Shown here: positions 13,731-24,899 of the stretch, piece by piece
How the letters are laid out: each line of letters opens with the position of its first letter
Numbering within the stretch: position 1 is the stretch's first letter
NCBI RefSeq assembly: GCF_026571515.1
Contig: NW_026853701.1
Coordinates: 1 to 64,000 of the forward strand
DNA from: Ruditapes philippinarum
Lineage: Eukaryota
Reading direction: 5' to 3'
DNA length: 64,000 bases
The notes under the pieces: generated by a model
Told to the model about the DNA's origin: nothing
What the model saw: only the letters and a program-made list of their open reading frames with translations
Database searches by the model: none
Position numbers and translations under genes: made by a program

Positions 13731-14207
13731 AGGTGGTTTTCAAGAATCACACAGAGGGACCCAGACTTTGGCATTCCTAGGTGGTGATTTAAGTACCTGG
13801 GGTAACAGTGTGTGGAATGCTGTGCATTGGACCACATTGACTGAGCAGCCACCTGGGGAGGTAATTATTAGGCAGTGGCACTTTTCTACTGGACATAACT
13901 TTTGAACCAGTTGGCTTATGATAATAAATGAAACATCATTTTAAAGGTAAAATGCATGCCTTTCAAGAAATAACCGATTTGACAAAATGAGAATTTACAA
14001 AAATTATGTAATGCAGTTATAGTATTATGTAATATGTCTAAATTTGGATATATTTGGTCTTAAAACGATATTTAAGAAAAAAAATATTTATGTTAGTTTT
14101 AGATGCATATTTAAGTAATATTTGAATCACTGATGAGATTACTTTTTATTTCATGAAAATCATCCAAGTAATAAAAAAGTTATAGCAATTTTAGTTTTAG
14201 AGTACTT
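13731..14207. repeat. Putative LTDR copy 3 (477 bp)
   Basis: Near-identical to 10044-10521 with the same TCAA and TTAA flanks. Confidence 0.55.
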
Positions 14208-15136
14208 TTAATTTGATAAGCTGCGGCCTGGCTTCAGGGCTGAATGGTACCTATGGTACATAACAGGCTGTGAATTCATCAGTATATGTGATTAAGACTG
14301 GAAACTTTCCAGAATAATATGAGATAGCCTAGGAATGATGTATGCAAAATTTTATTAAGATCAGATGAACATTTTTGACTAAATAGGAATCAGTCCACAG
14401 TTATTTGCCTTTCGTTGACCACAATAAGGAAGTAAATCCGCATAAAAGAGTGCCTGTGTTTAATGCCAGATATAAATGAATAATTGAATGAAAGAGATAG
14501 AAAAAAGGCCATTTCCTGACAGAATTCATTTCAAATAGTTGGTAAATGCCAATTTTGATCCAGATTTTATGCGAGTAAGTATTTTTTTAGTGTTTTTCTA
14601 CATGACAGAACTCACATGGTTCCGGCTAATTACTGAAAACTGTCAGACTGATGTATTTTGAACTGAAATGCTGTGGAAAAATGATGAATGACCCCTAGTT
14701 TGCTATAGCTAGAATTATTTATCTTGGATGGTACTGTAAGCACAAGTGACTTTGATTTGATTGGAGAGTTAGTAATATTGCCACAGGGTTTAATGTTTAT
14801 ATAGAACATATAGTGAAATTAATTGTGGTCTGAGGCCTGATTAGAAGCTTGTTTTTACATGGAGTAAATCTGTTTGACAGGTAATAACTTTATCATTTTT
14901 AGAGCAATTTTAATGAAACTTAGTCATGAAGCAGATAATTGATGTATAAATCTGAGTTTGTTATTAAATTACACAAGTGCTTTTATTTTCTTTGTATTAT
15001 GTACTTTTATATAATAATATATACATTTTTTAAAAAAATCTCAAAAAGCTACTTTCAGTTTAGAAATGTCTGTTTAAATATAGCCAGGAGGTCATTTCCT
15101 GTACAGGTTACAGCCTCCCTTTAAATAAAAGTTAAA

Positions 15137-15499
15137 ATGGAAGCATTTTTTAAAAATTATTTAGAAAAAAATCAATGAAAAATCTGTGCCAAACAGACAG
15201 GGCTGTATGATAGGGCAGGGGTGTATAAAGAAAGGACCAGTGGGCTATGGTATTATTATTATTTCCAAGTTTCCTGATGCACAGTGGCACACCATGCATG
15301 TTCATAAACTTCTTTACCTGGTTCACAATAAAATTCTGTATGTTGAACCAGATTTAGAGGTCTCGTACCTGTGCTACGTGCTTCTGTGTGTCGGTGCTAA
15401 CCATTTGAGCCCCATTGCATCAATACCGAAAGGCTTAAGTGTGTGAACCGGGCCATTTGCTGCAGCCATGGGGTATACCGAGACTGTTTATTTGTTTGA
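15137..15499 (+). pseudogene. His-Me finger nuclease, unit 4 copy (SYLCY)
   Basis: ORF 15186-15446; same two frameshift sites; both His of SHLCH are replaced by Tyr. Confidence 0.8.
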
Positions 15500-16594
15500 G
15501 GTGAGTAATCGCTTTGTTTAAGAGACATATTTAAGGTGTTGATGGCCTCGGGATAAAGGTTGGTGAGTGCTTACGTGTCCTTTCATTTATTCTGATTGCA
15601 TATTTCCTTATATTGTCCTACATTTAAAGGACTCCTATTATAATCCTACAAGTATGTTTCTGCTCCCATTCTTTTTACTTGTTAAGCAATAACAGTGTAT
15701 TTCAAGTAAAATTGGTCAGTTCACAAGTGCTAGACTTTGAATAATTGCTTATAAACAGCCATAGCCCATGAAAACTTGTGGAATTTTACTTAAAGCACTC
15801 TGGCATTGCAAAGAAATGCTAAAAGCCTGTGATTTAATTAATATAACATTTATTTCACAGTGTAAAATAACAACAGAGATGATAACAATTTCAAAATATC
15901 ATGCAGGTTATGTTGAATGATACAGTAATGAAATATGAAATTCGCTTTAAAAGGAATAGTCCGTCACTTTTTAAGTAAACCATTTGTTAAGTTTAAATTT
16001 CAGGTCTGTACACAGACCGCACATTTGTTTAAGATAGTTGTCTCGTGCGCAACCGAATATTTATTCCCCACTGAAGAAACACTGTTTTTGTTTATCTGTT
16101 TATATCAAGGGAGATAATTTATTCTGAGTAAGTATGGTTGCTGTTGCCTCCCTTGGGTGTTGATATTATTTGTGGTTATCTAAGTTATATAGTGTTTTTT
16201 ATGTAAATTGGATTGAAATCAATCCGATATCGGACGCTAGGTTGAGGTTGGCTTATATTTACTGTATTTTCTCCACGGTAAAAGTAAGATAAGTATAATT
16301 TCGTTCTCTGAGAAGCATATAATGATTCTAATTGAACGCACATTTTACTTTAAAATGTTGTGTGCCTCCGCATGACTGTATTTTTTAAAGAATTTACCAG
16401 ATACCCATAAACACACCAAGGTGATTCCAACATAGTATTATAAATGATTTCATTCCTATATGATAGTGCAAGATCAGAACATTAATCATCAGTTATAGTC
16501 ATAACCCTCCATTTGTCTTCTTGTTTTGAAAAAGTTTACTACTTTCAATTTAGTTTCTTAAAGACATTTTCTACAGATTTATGAAATTTAATCC

Positions 16595-17470
16595 TTTCAT
16601 AGAATTTTCTAAATTTTTGTATGATAAGTAAAACTTAATCGCGAATTCAAAAATAAAAAGAAAAATATATGTTGACGTGTTGGATTTCTTGAAAAATGGC
16701 AGTTTCCATGGTAACCGTATATCTCAAAACTGTCAAAAAGCCAAACTGTGTTATAACAAATGGAAAATGTATAAGATAGCTTAACGCACACAACAAGCAT
16801 TGTTTTATGCAAAGATAGCTTATCTTATTATTTTGTATGAAACAAATGATAATCTGAACATATTTCTTTAAAAAATTAGTTTTCCATGTTCCTTAACCGA
16901 ACAAAAAATGAGAAAAATAAACATGAATTCTGCGAATAATTAAAGATATTGAAAAGTTTCTTTCATAGGATTTTCTATTTTTTTGTATGTTGTGTAAAAT
17001 TTAATGACGAATTCAAAAATAAAAAGAAAAATATATGTTGACGTGTTGAATTTTTTTTAAAATGGCAGTTTCCATGGTAACCGTATATCTCTAAATTGTC
17101 AAAATAGCAAAACTGTGTTATAAAAATGTATAAGACAGCTTATTACACACACAATAAACATAATTTTATACAAATCTTGCTTTATCTTAGGGTTTTATAT
17201 AAAACAAACGATAATTGGAACATATTTCTTTAAAAAAAATGAGTTTTTCATGCTTTTTAACTAAAAAAAATGAGAAAAATAAACATGAATTCTGTAATAA
17301 AAATAAAGCTATCAAGAAATTTCTTTCATAGAATTTTCTACATTTTTGATATATCAAGTAAAATTTTATGGTGGATTAAAAAATAGAAATAAAAATATAT
17401 GTTGACGTGTTAGTTGTTTTGTAAACGGGCAGTTTCCATGATATGCGCATATGCCAACTGTCAAAATTAC
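16595..17470. repeat. Tandem repeat, ~365-bp unit, ~2.4 copies
   Basis: TTTCATAG(A/G)ATTTTCTA..AAATATATGTTGACGTGTT..GGCAGTTTCCATG starts at 16595, 16961 and 17324. Confidence 0.85.
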
Positions 17471-19099
17471 CACGCTTTCTTAAGAAATATCAGTGTGTTA
17501 TACTAAATGTATTGTCATATATACAACAAAAACATGTGGTAACAAAAATTCCTTTTTCTTTTTATGTAATATTAAGTAAATGATACTGAATATGTTTTTA
17601 AAACAGGTTATATAGGGCTATATTATTTTTTCACTCGACTAACATACCCGAACAGTAAGCAAGTATTTAGAAATTTACAAAGAAAATAATGAAATTCGGA
17701 ACATTTCTTAGATATTGTTTTTGTTTTTTATTCAACACTTTTAAGATATATATATCATTTTAAACTTCTTTGGCCAGTTGAAGTGGCGACGCACTTTCGT
17801 CACTTTACCACAAGTGGGTGGGGTAACGCGCGCCGAATCATCATCAATGCTATCGTACTAATGCTAGGAGAACTCCTTTATCTGATGTTGTCTAAACGAT
17901 CTCTTATTCTTTTTAACCGATCTCCTCCTGAACATTTAGAAATATCTATTCTGTATTATTTACTCACTGTTTGTTTATAGCCGAAATTTAAACACTTATC
18001 CGAGTACTATTCAACTTGACCTTTTTTTGAAGAGAAATTATCCGTGATTATCTTTCTTGGAAGCGTAAAACGATGCGCACAAAAAAACAACAACCGAAAA
18101 CGTCTTTAACAGTGCAGTGATCTCTCCGTTTAAAATGAAAAACGTTACGTAACATGTGCGAAGAATTTGGCAATTAACCAGTATGCGAAGTAGTTCTGTA
18201 AAGAAGCCAAGTGAACTATTTGCTAAAGCGTATGTAGCAAATTCTTTCTGCCTACACAGTATACACATGATGCTGCACTATTGGAAAAATATGTTTGTTT
18301 AGCGTACGTATGGAATAGAAATGTATTGATAGACGGACAGTGTTTTAAAAACGGAGATTTATATATCAGGTATGCTAATTTGCCTTTTTGATTTAAACAT
18401 GGACAAAGGATATTGACATCTTATTTCAAATCTACCCACAGAAACGATGAAAAATTATGTCACATTTCTTGCTAACAGAATATTATCACATCAATTTAGC
18501 GTAATTCTGTTTAGGAAATTCTACCAATAAGGTACATGATTTATGATTTTTTGTGAATATCAAACATTTTGTACTTCTCAACTAAACTTGGTTGCCGAGA
18601 TAACTCATTTGAAACAATCATAAATTGATAATAACGTAGGCATTGCCTATGAACGGTCAAGTCAGATAAATAATCAAAGTGCTGAAGGCACTGCAGTTGG
18701 GACGTACTTGAAGTCAACATAACCATTATTTACTATTTCGGATAGATAATTCAATGAGTGAAGGGTGTTGCCGGTTGATAATATAAAGTGCAAAATTCAG
18801 TAAATGAATAGTAGTTGAATCAATTATTCTATGACATAGTTCAAATATAATATTTAGGTTACAAGTAGGTCCATCACAAACTGTTATTGGCCCTTTTTGA
18901 CAAGGGCAACAAGCGAAATAAGAGCTGTCAGAGGAAACTGCAAGCTCGACTATTTTTAACACATAATAAAAAGAGACATAACTATGAAAAAATAATCAAT
19001 TATGATATAAATATATTTTTGTTTCAGTATCAAGAAAACACTCAAATGGTCAATTTTTAGCATCATATTATATGAATGTGGCTATGTCTTTAAAACTGA

Positions 19100-20020
19100 T
19101 GATGTTTTTCGTACACTGCACTTCTCATGCTAATCTCTTTCACTGTGGAAAGTTTCAATGAAATTTTTAATCAAATATTTTAATTCTGAGCAAGTATCAT
19201 GAAATAATATAAACGGAGATAATTAAAAAAATAAGAAATGTAGAATTTTGGTTGTTTGACACAGCACTTCTGCTCACTAGTCTGTACAACTGTTTTTTTG
19301 TTTGAATGAGATATCATTGAAAAGATAAACTCCAGACAACCATTTTTTTAAATGTTGTTGTATTATAAAAGATGATAATTGTATAATTAAGCTAGGGAAA
19401 CGTATGGTTCTTTTAAACTACACTTCTTTTCACTTGAAGGTTTTAGCTGCGTAAAATATTAATCAAATTCCATCAACTCTTTTCAAGTTTTTCTCTGGAC
19501 AAGCATTATCAAATACATGTATTATAAAGGGAGATAATTTAAAAATTAAGAAACGTAGTTATGGGTCTTTGACACTTTGACAAATTCGAGTCCATACAAC
19601 TGTGTGTGTAGTTTCAGTGATAGTTTGGAAGTAAAACTCCAAATAAGCATTTTTAACTTAAGGGAGATAATTAAAACATGAAGCAAGGTAGAGCTATTTT
19701 TCTTGAACACCGCACTTTCTCTCAAAAAGTCTGTATCACTTTGTGAAGTTTACATAAAATCCCTTCAATACGTATCTAGTTATATTCATATTTCAGACAA
19801 GAGTGTGAGCCTTTCTTAAGTTGACAAGATGGGTTTTTTCTTTAATCATCTAAAATCTCAAAAACACCATAAGAAACATATTTTCCTCCCATGAGCAACC
19901 TTTTCCCCACAAGTACAAGTCTGTATGGAATGAGCACGGATATTTATCCATAATATTACTTGAGTCCATACAGACAGATGGTTAAGGCAGCAACTGTATT
20001 CTCTCCCTTTTGGGAGCATA
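19100..20020 (-). mobile_element. Highly decayed HINE-like element with satellite-like cores
   Basis: Recurrent GGAGATAAT..AAAA cores (~19215, ~19528, ~19660), then CAGACAGA and a TCTCCC..GGGAG hairpin near 20000. Confidence 0.4.
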
Positions 20021-20109
20021 TATTATAATAACATGCTAAATCTCCATATAGTTCTATACCAGATACCAGTATGATGAACCTTGCTTTTGTACTTTTTGAG
20101 TAAGATCAG

Positions 20110-21500
20110 AATTCAGTGTTCAAACTTCATAGGATGATTGTCCATAATGCGTAGAAGACCCTATTGATTTTGGGGTCACAAGGTCAAAGGTCAATGTCAC
20201 TTTTACTTTAAAACTGAAAACCGTTTCTGAAGCATAACTTAAGTTCCATTTGGCCCACAATATTCAAACTTCATAGGATGATTGTCCGTATTGAGTAGAA
20301 GGCCTATATTGATTTAAGGGTCACAAGGTCAAGGTCAATATGACCTTTAAACTAAAAACAGTTTCCGGAGCATAACTTAAGTTCTATTTGGCCTACAATA
20401 TTCAAACTTCATAGGATGATTGCCAATAATGGGTAGAAGACCCTTATTGATTTTGGGTCACAAGGTCAAAGGTCAAGGTCACTATAACCTTAAAACTGAA
20501 AACCGTTTCTGAAGCATAACTTAATTTCTATTTGGCCCACAATATCCAAACTTCATAAGATGATTGTCACTATTGAGTAGAAGGCCCCAATTGAGTTTAG
20601 GGTCATAAGGTCAAGGTCAATATTACCTTAAACTGAAAACAGTTTCCGGAGCATAACTTAAGTTTAATTTGGCCTACAATATTCAAACTTCATAGGATGA
20701 TTGCCAATAATTGGTAGAAGACCCCTATTGATTTTGGGTCACAAGGTCAAAGGTCAAGGTCACTATTACCTTTAAACTGAAAACAGTTTCTGGAGCATAA
20801 CTTAGGTTCAATTTGGCCCACAATATTCAAACTTCATAAGATGATTGTCCATATAAGGTAGGTTAATATTACCTTAAAACTGTAAACAGTTTCCGCTCAA
20901 GAACTTAAGTATTTTTCAACATACAGCTGTAAAATTTTATAGGATGAACAGCCAAGTCCAATACATGACACCTATTAATTTTAGGGTCATTAGGTAAAAG
21001 GTCAGGGTCACAATGATCTTTACACTTTAAATTGTGGTTTCTGGAGCATAACTTAAGTTCCATATGGCTAACAGTGTTCAAACTTCATAGGATTATTGCC
21101 TATATTGAATAAAAGATCCAATTCTATATTGCGGTCTCAATTTCAAAGGTCAATATCAAATAACCTTTATATTGTTAACAGTTTTACAACTGTCAAACTT
21201 CATAGGATGATCACTTATATTGAGTACAATAATTATATGCCCTAAAACTTTGCTTATATTATGTTATACCCCTGGTGTCTTTCCGTCCATCCGTCGTATC
21301 ATTTTACTTACAAGATAACAACTTGATGGTGGTGCTTTGCAAACAGCAACTGTATTTATATGAAGGTTCTTCAGCTATAAATGAGGATTGCTTTTTAAAG
21401 AAGGTAATACTTTATTTAATTCCTATGTCTTACAAATGCTTCATCCTTACTAAAAAACAATTTCGGGCATATAATGCTCCGCCTAGCGGTGCTCTTGTTT
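20110..21500 (+). mobile_element. HINE-like element with ~141-bp tandem cores (5' end not recognisable)
   Basis: CAAACTTCATA(G/A)GATGATTG..GGTCAAAGGTCAAGGTCA cores at 20121, 20265, 20403, 20547, 20684 and 20828; 3' hairpin GCTCCGCCTAGCGGTGC followed by TCTTGTTT. Confidence 0.7.
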
Positions 21501-22370
21501 GTTCCACTTTTTTTAAATTTGATTATCATTTTTTATATAATATTTACCATATTTTAGGGATGAATGTAAACCTAATGATAAATACATGGAATTATTTAAT
21601 CTTACAAATCAGCGCGGTGAACAAAAATGCTTTGAAACGAATAGAAATTCGAAACAAAGGTTTTGGCATTGTTCTTAAATATAAATGTTTGAATAATTTG
21701 TTTTTGATATAGTAATGTTTGCAAAATTACTTTATTACTTTTATGATGTATATATATCTAATATAGTAGGCTAGCAATAGTCGCCTGCGCGTAATATGTT
21801 ATGTTATTATGTCTGGATTAAGGCATTATAAGTAGCTTATGTTAAAGTAGTCAATACAATATCCAGCTGCTACCAGATCAATATACTATTCTAGACAATT
21901 TTGAAATATGATTTATACAAATATGCTATATTGGATCATGTTTCTCGAGGTTTATCGTTGTCGATACTTGATACTATTAGCAAATTATTTATGGTTTTAC
22001 AAGCCTTTTATTAAGGACCATTTCATTTTCAGATAACCATGAAATGATAAAATTTATTGCCAATTTCCATGCGATGCCAGTAATCAAATACAACAGTCAG
22101 TGGAAACTTCATGACAAATCGATGGTTGTGGCGCAGTAATATGTCGCAACGCTGTGAAATGTTGTATTTGCTGCTATATGTTGCACAATTGTCGCTATAT
22201 GTGCAACCGCCACATGATGTCGCAAACTTGACTTCCGTTAAATGTCTCAACTGAAACCGTTACGTTAAAATATGCACGATTTTCCCTTACCGTTAAATGT
22301 CGCAACACTACTATTAAATGTCGCAAGATGTATATGAATGTTAAAATTAAGCTTGCTAGTGGTATTATAT

Positions 22371-23300
22371 TGATACATCCCGTATTTATTCTTTGTAAAC
22401 AGGCTATTTTTAGAACAAGGTCAACACAAGTTAATCAAGATTTTAGTAAGTACAGTGAGTGTCAATATACAATTTTAAGGGAAATCATTTTTATACTCAC
22501 TTTTGCATTAATCTGAACTAATATTGCCTTTACAGTATTGTTTGATCATTAGTTATTACAAATTTTAACTGCTTGTAAAGCACATTCCTCCCTGGAGGCA
22601 GCCATGTTTTCCAATTGCATTATGGGTAGTTACCCATGACAGAAAAGTGTCAGACTCTGAAGCTGTCAAACGATTTTATAAGTAAATTTTTCACAGATAA
22701 GCTGCAAATCAAAGATACCAATGTGACAGTCATGTTATTTAGGGTTTAATCTTTTGATTTATGTCAATTTTTGAGGAACTTTAATTCATTTTTCTGATTT
22801 AAATTTAGTTTTTCTTGTACTACACATGGCTGTTCCATGTACACTTTATTGAGTTGTGTACATTTTGCACACAATTTCTAGGTTGTGTTCAGAGTTTCAT
22901 TGAGTGCACACGCTCTGTGTGTACACATAATTTGAGTGTGTAGCTGAGGAGTATATAAGCTCCTGTAAATTCAGCCAGAGCAAGTTTCTGAGATTTTGAG
23001 CTTCAGCTTGGGTTTTGAAAGTAAACATTTTTCTGCCATTGTAAGTCAACTAAATGTTTTAATTATTAATATGATAATTTTGATAAATACTAATGAAATA
23101 AATAATAACATTTAAATTTCCTAAATCTTTGTGTTTCTTATAATAGAAATAGTTTAAGTAAAGGTATAGGTCCCTTAAGTTAGAATCTTCGATTAAGCTT
23201 AGCCATATAAGCCACACTCCCCCCGACTTTGTCCTGAAGTAACTTGAGCAGAGACCTCGGAATTCAAACTAGAGATACCTAAGCCGGCCAGAGCGCAACA
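22371..23300 (+). repeat. 5' LTR (930 bp)
   Basis: TGATACATCCCG...GAGCGCAACA; lacks ~245 bp present in the 3' LTR. Confidence 0.95.
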
Positions 23301-23329
23301 CTTTCTTGGTGCACAGCGGCGCAATACTA

Positions 23330-24860
23330 CCTAACAGTACAGACAGAATTTAGAGATTCGAACACAAGTCTAACAGAACGCTACCATTGACAGTTTATCT
23401 CAAGCAGACGATGAGGAGGTTGTATTTTTCAAAACTTCTGCAGAAGCTGAAGTTAAAAACACACAACACAGTAGAAGTGATGAGAATACATGTCAAGACA
23501 TATCAGAACTTCAAGATAGTGATGTGATGTCAGTTTGTTCACAATCTTCATAAGACTACCAACCACTTCAAATGTAGCAGTGAACACAGCTGATAGGCAA
23601 AGTCAAGATAGCAGTAATGTGCATGATGACATTTTGGTAAATACAATGTATAACAGGGGTTCTCAAAGATGTGGTAACAGAGTTAAGAAACTTTAAAGAA
23701 GCGCAACAAGTTTCTACAAATACCCAGGTTTTAGGTCGCCAGCCAAGAAGTTTCAATGAACTACACACCAACACAGCAAATTTTTCGGGTATGCAGAATC
23801 ACAGCCGACAGCCGCTATATAGTGAACAGTACAGACAGGAAGTCCCAATAAATTATAATGGAGGGGTCATTTTACAGGCCTTCACAAAGTCGTTCCATTT
23901 TAGATGGGCAAAACTACAATCATCATGACAGATAACATGATGCATATGGGCAACCTTATGGTTCTAGTGAGGTGTGCAATGGTTCAAATAGAGGAGCATA
24001 TATCAATCCAACCGTACAATCACAATGGCAACGGCCGAGAAATAATGAAAATATGCGTATACCATCGTTCAGTGGAAAAGATGATTGGGCAGTATTGATC
24101 GCACGTTTTGAAGCAATTGCTCGTCGTTTAAATTGGGATGATGAAGATAAATTAGACCAGCTACTTCCAAGGATTGAAGGGAAGGCGGCAGAATTTATAT
24201 TTTCACAACTCCAGCCTCATGTTTTATGTAATTATAGAGAATTGGTGCGTGAAATGAATAATAGATTGATGGTCATCGGATACAGGGATAGGCATATTAG
24301 AGATGAGGACTTAGTCAGGAGATTTCTGGATGGATTGAGAAAGAATGAGGCGCGTTTTGAGGTTGAGTATCACAAAGAACCAGCAACAATAGACGAAGCT
24401 GTATTTTATGCAGTAAATTTCATTCAGACTCGAGCTTCTATTGGACATGACAGAAAATTAAGTAAATTTACAAGGCGAGCAATAGAAGATTCGACTGAAA
24501 ATGATGATAAATGTGAAGAGAGGGTGTTTCGAGTTCCTGAGAGAAAGAACAAAATGACAACTGAGTGAGGAAATCGCAATGAGATGACTGCCACACATCA
24601 GGAAGAGAATACCAGTTATAGACAAAAACAGATGTTGCAGAAAATAATGGAAAGATTAGAGAAATTAGAAGGAGCAAATAAGCCAGATAATAATAGAAGA
24701 TGATTTAGTAAAACTAATACAGTTGAGTGTTTCAATTGTCATCAAAAAGGCCATTATGCACGAGACTGTCCAGATAAACAAAATGGGCAAAGAAAAATGA
24801 AAATAAGACATGAAAGAAAGAACAACACTGAAATTCAATCAACACTGAGCCTTTAAACTA
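23330..24860 (+). pseudogene. gag: gag (disrupted)
   Basis: ORF 23972-24568 (IPSFSGKDDW..RFEAIA..W..DKL..L..G.A) and CCHC knuckle CFNCHQKGHYARDC at ~24728-24770. Start is approximate. Confidence 0.85.
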
Positions 24861-24899
24861 CCAAGGACCAACCTTTGAGGCCAGGGGGAGGTCCGCTTG

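Larger units (their letters stand above)
4393..16163. mobile_element. Tandem array (~3.5 units, ~3.69-kb period) of a non-autonomous KolobokP-like DNA transposon (LTDR-INT repeats)
   Basis: Marker ACAGTTATTTGCCTTTCGTTGACCAC recurs at 4393, ~8128, 10711 and 14397. Units carry convergent His-Me nuclease (+) and transposase (-) remnants separated by a shared ~480-bp spacer. The tandem structure is certain; the family name is from recalled architecture. Confidence 0.8.

Noticed and set aside
23301-23325. Gypsy primer-binding site TGGTGCACAGCGG
   Set aside because: Offset ~6 nt from the LTR end, and I cannot match it to a tRNA without a search; not called.
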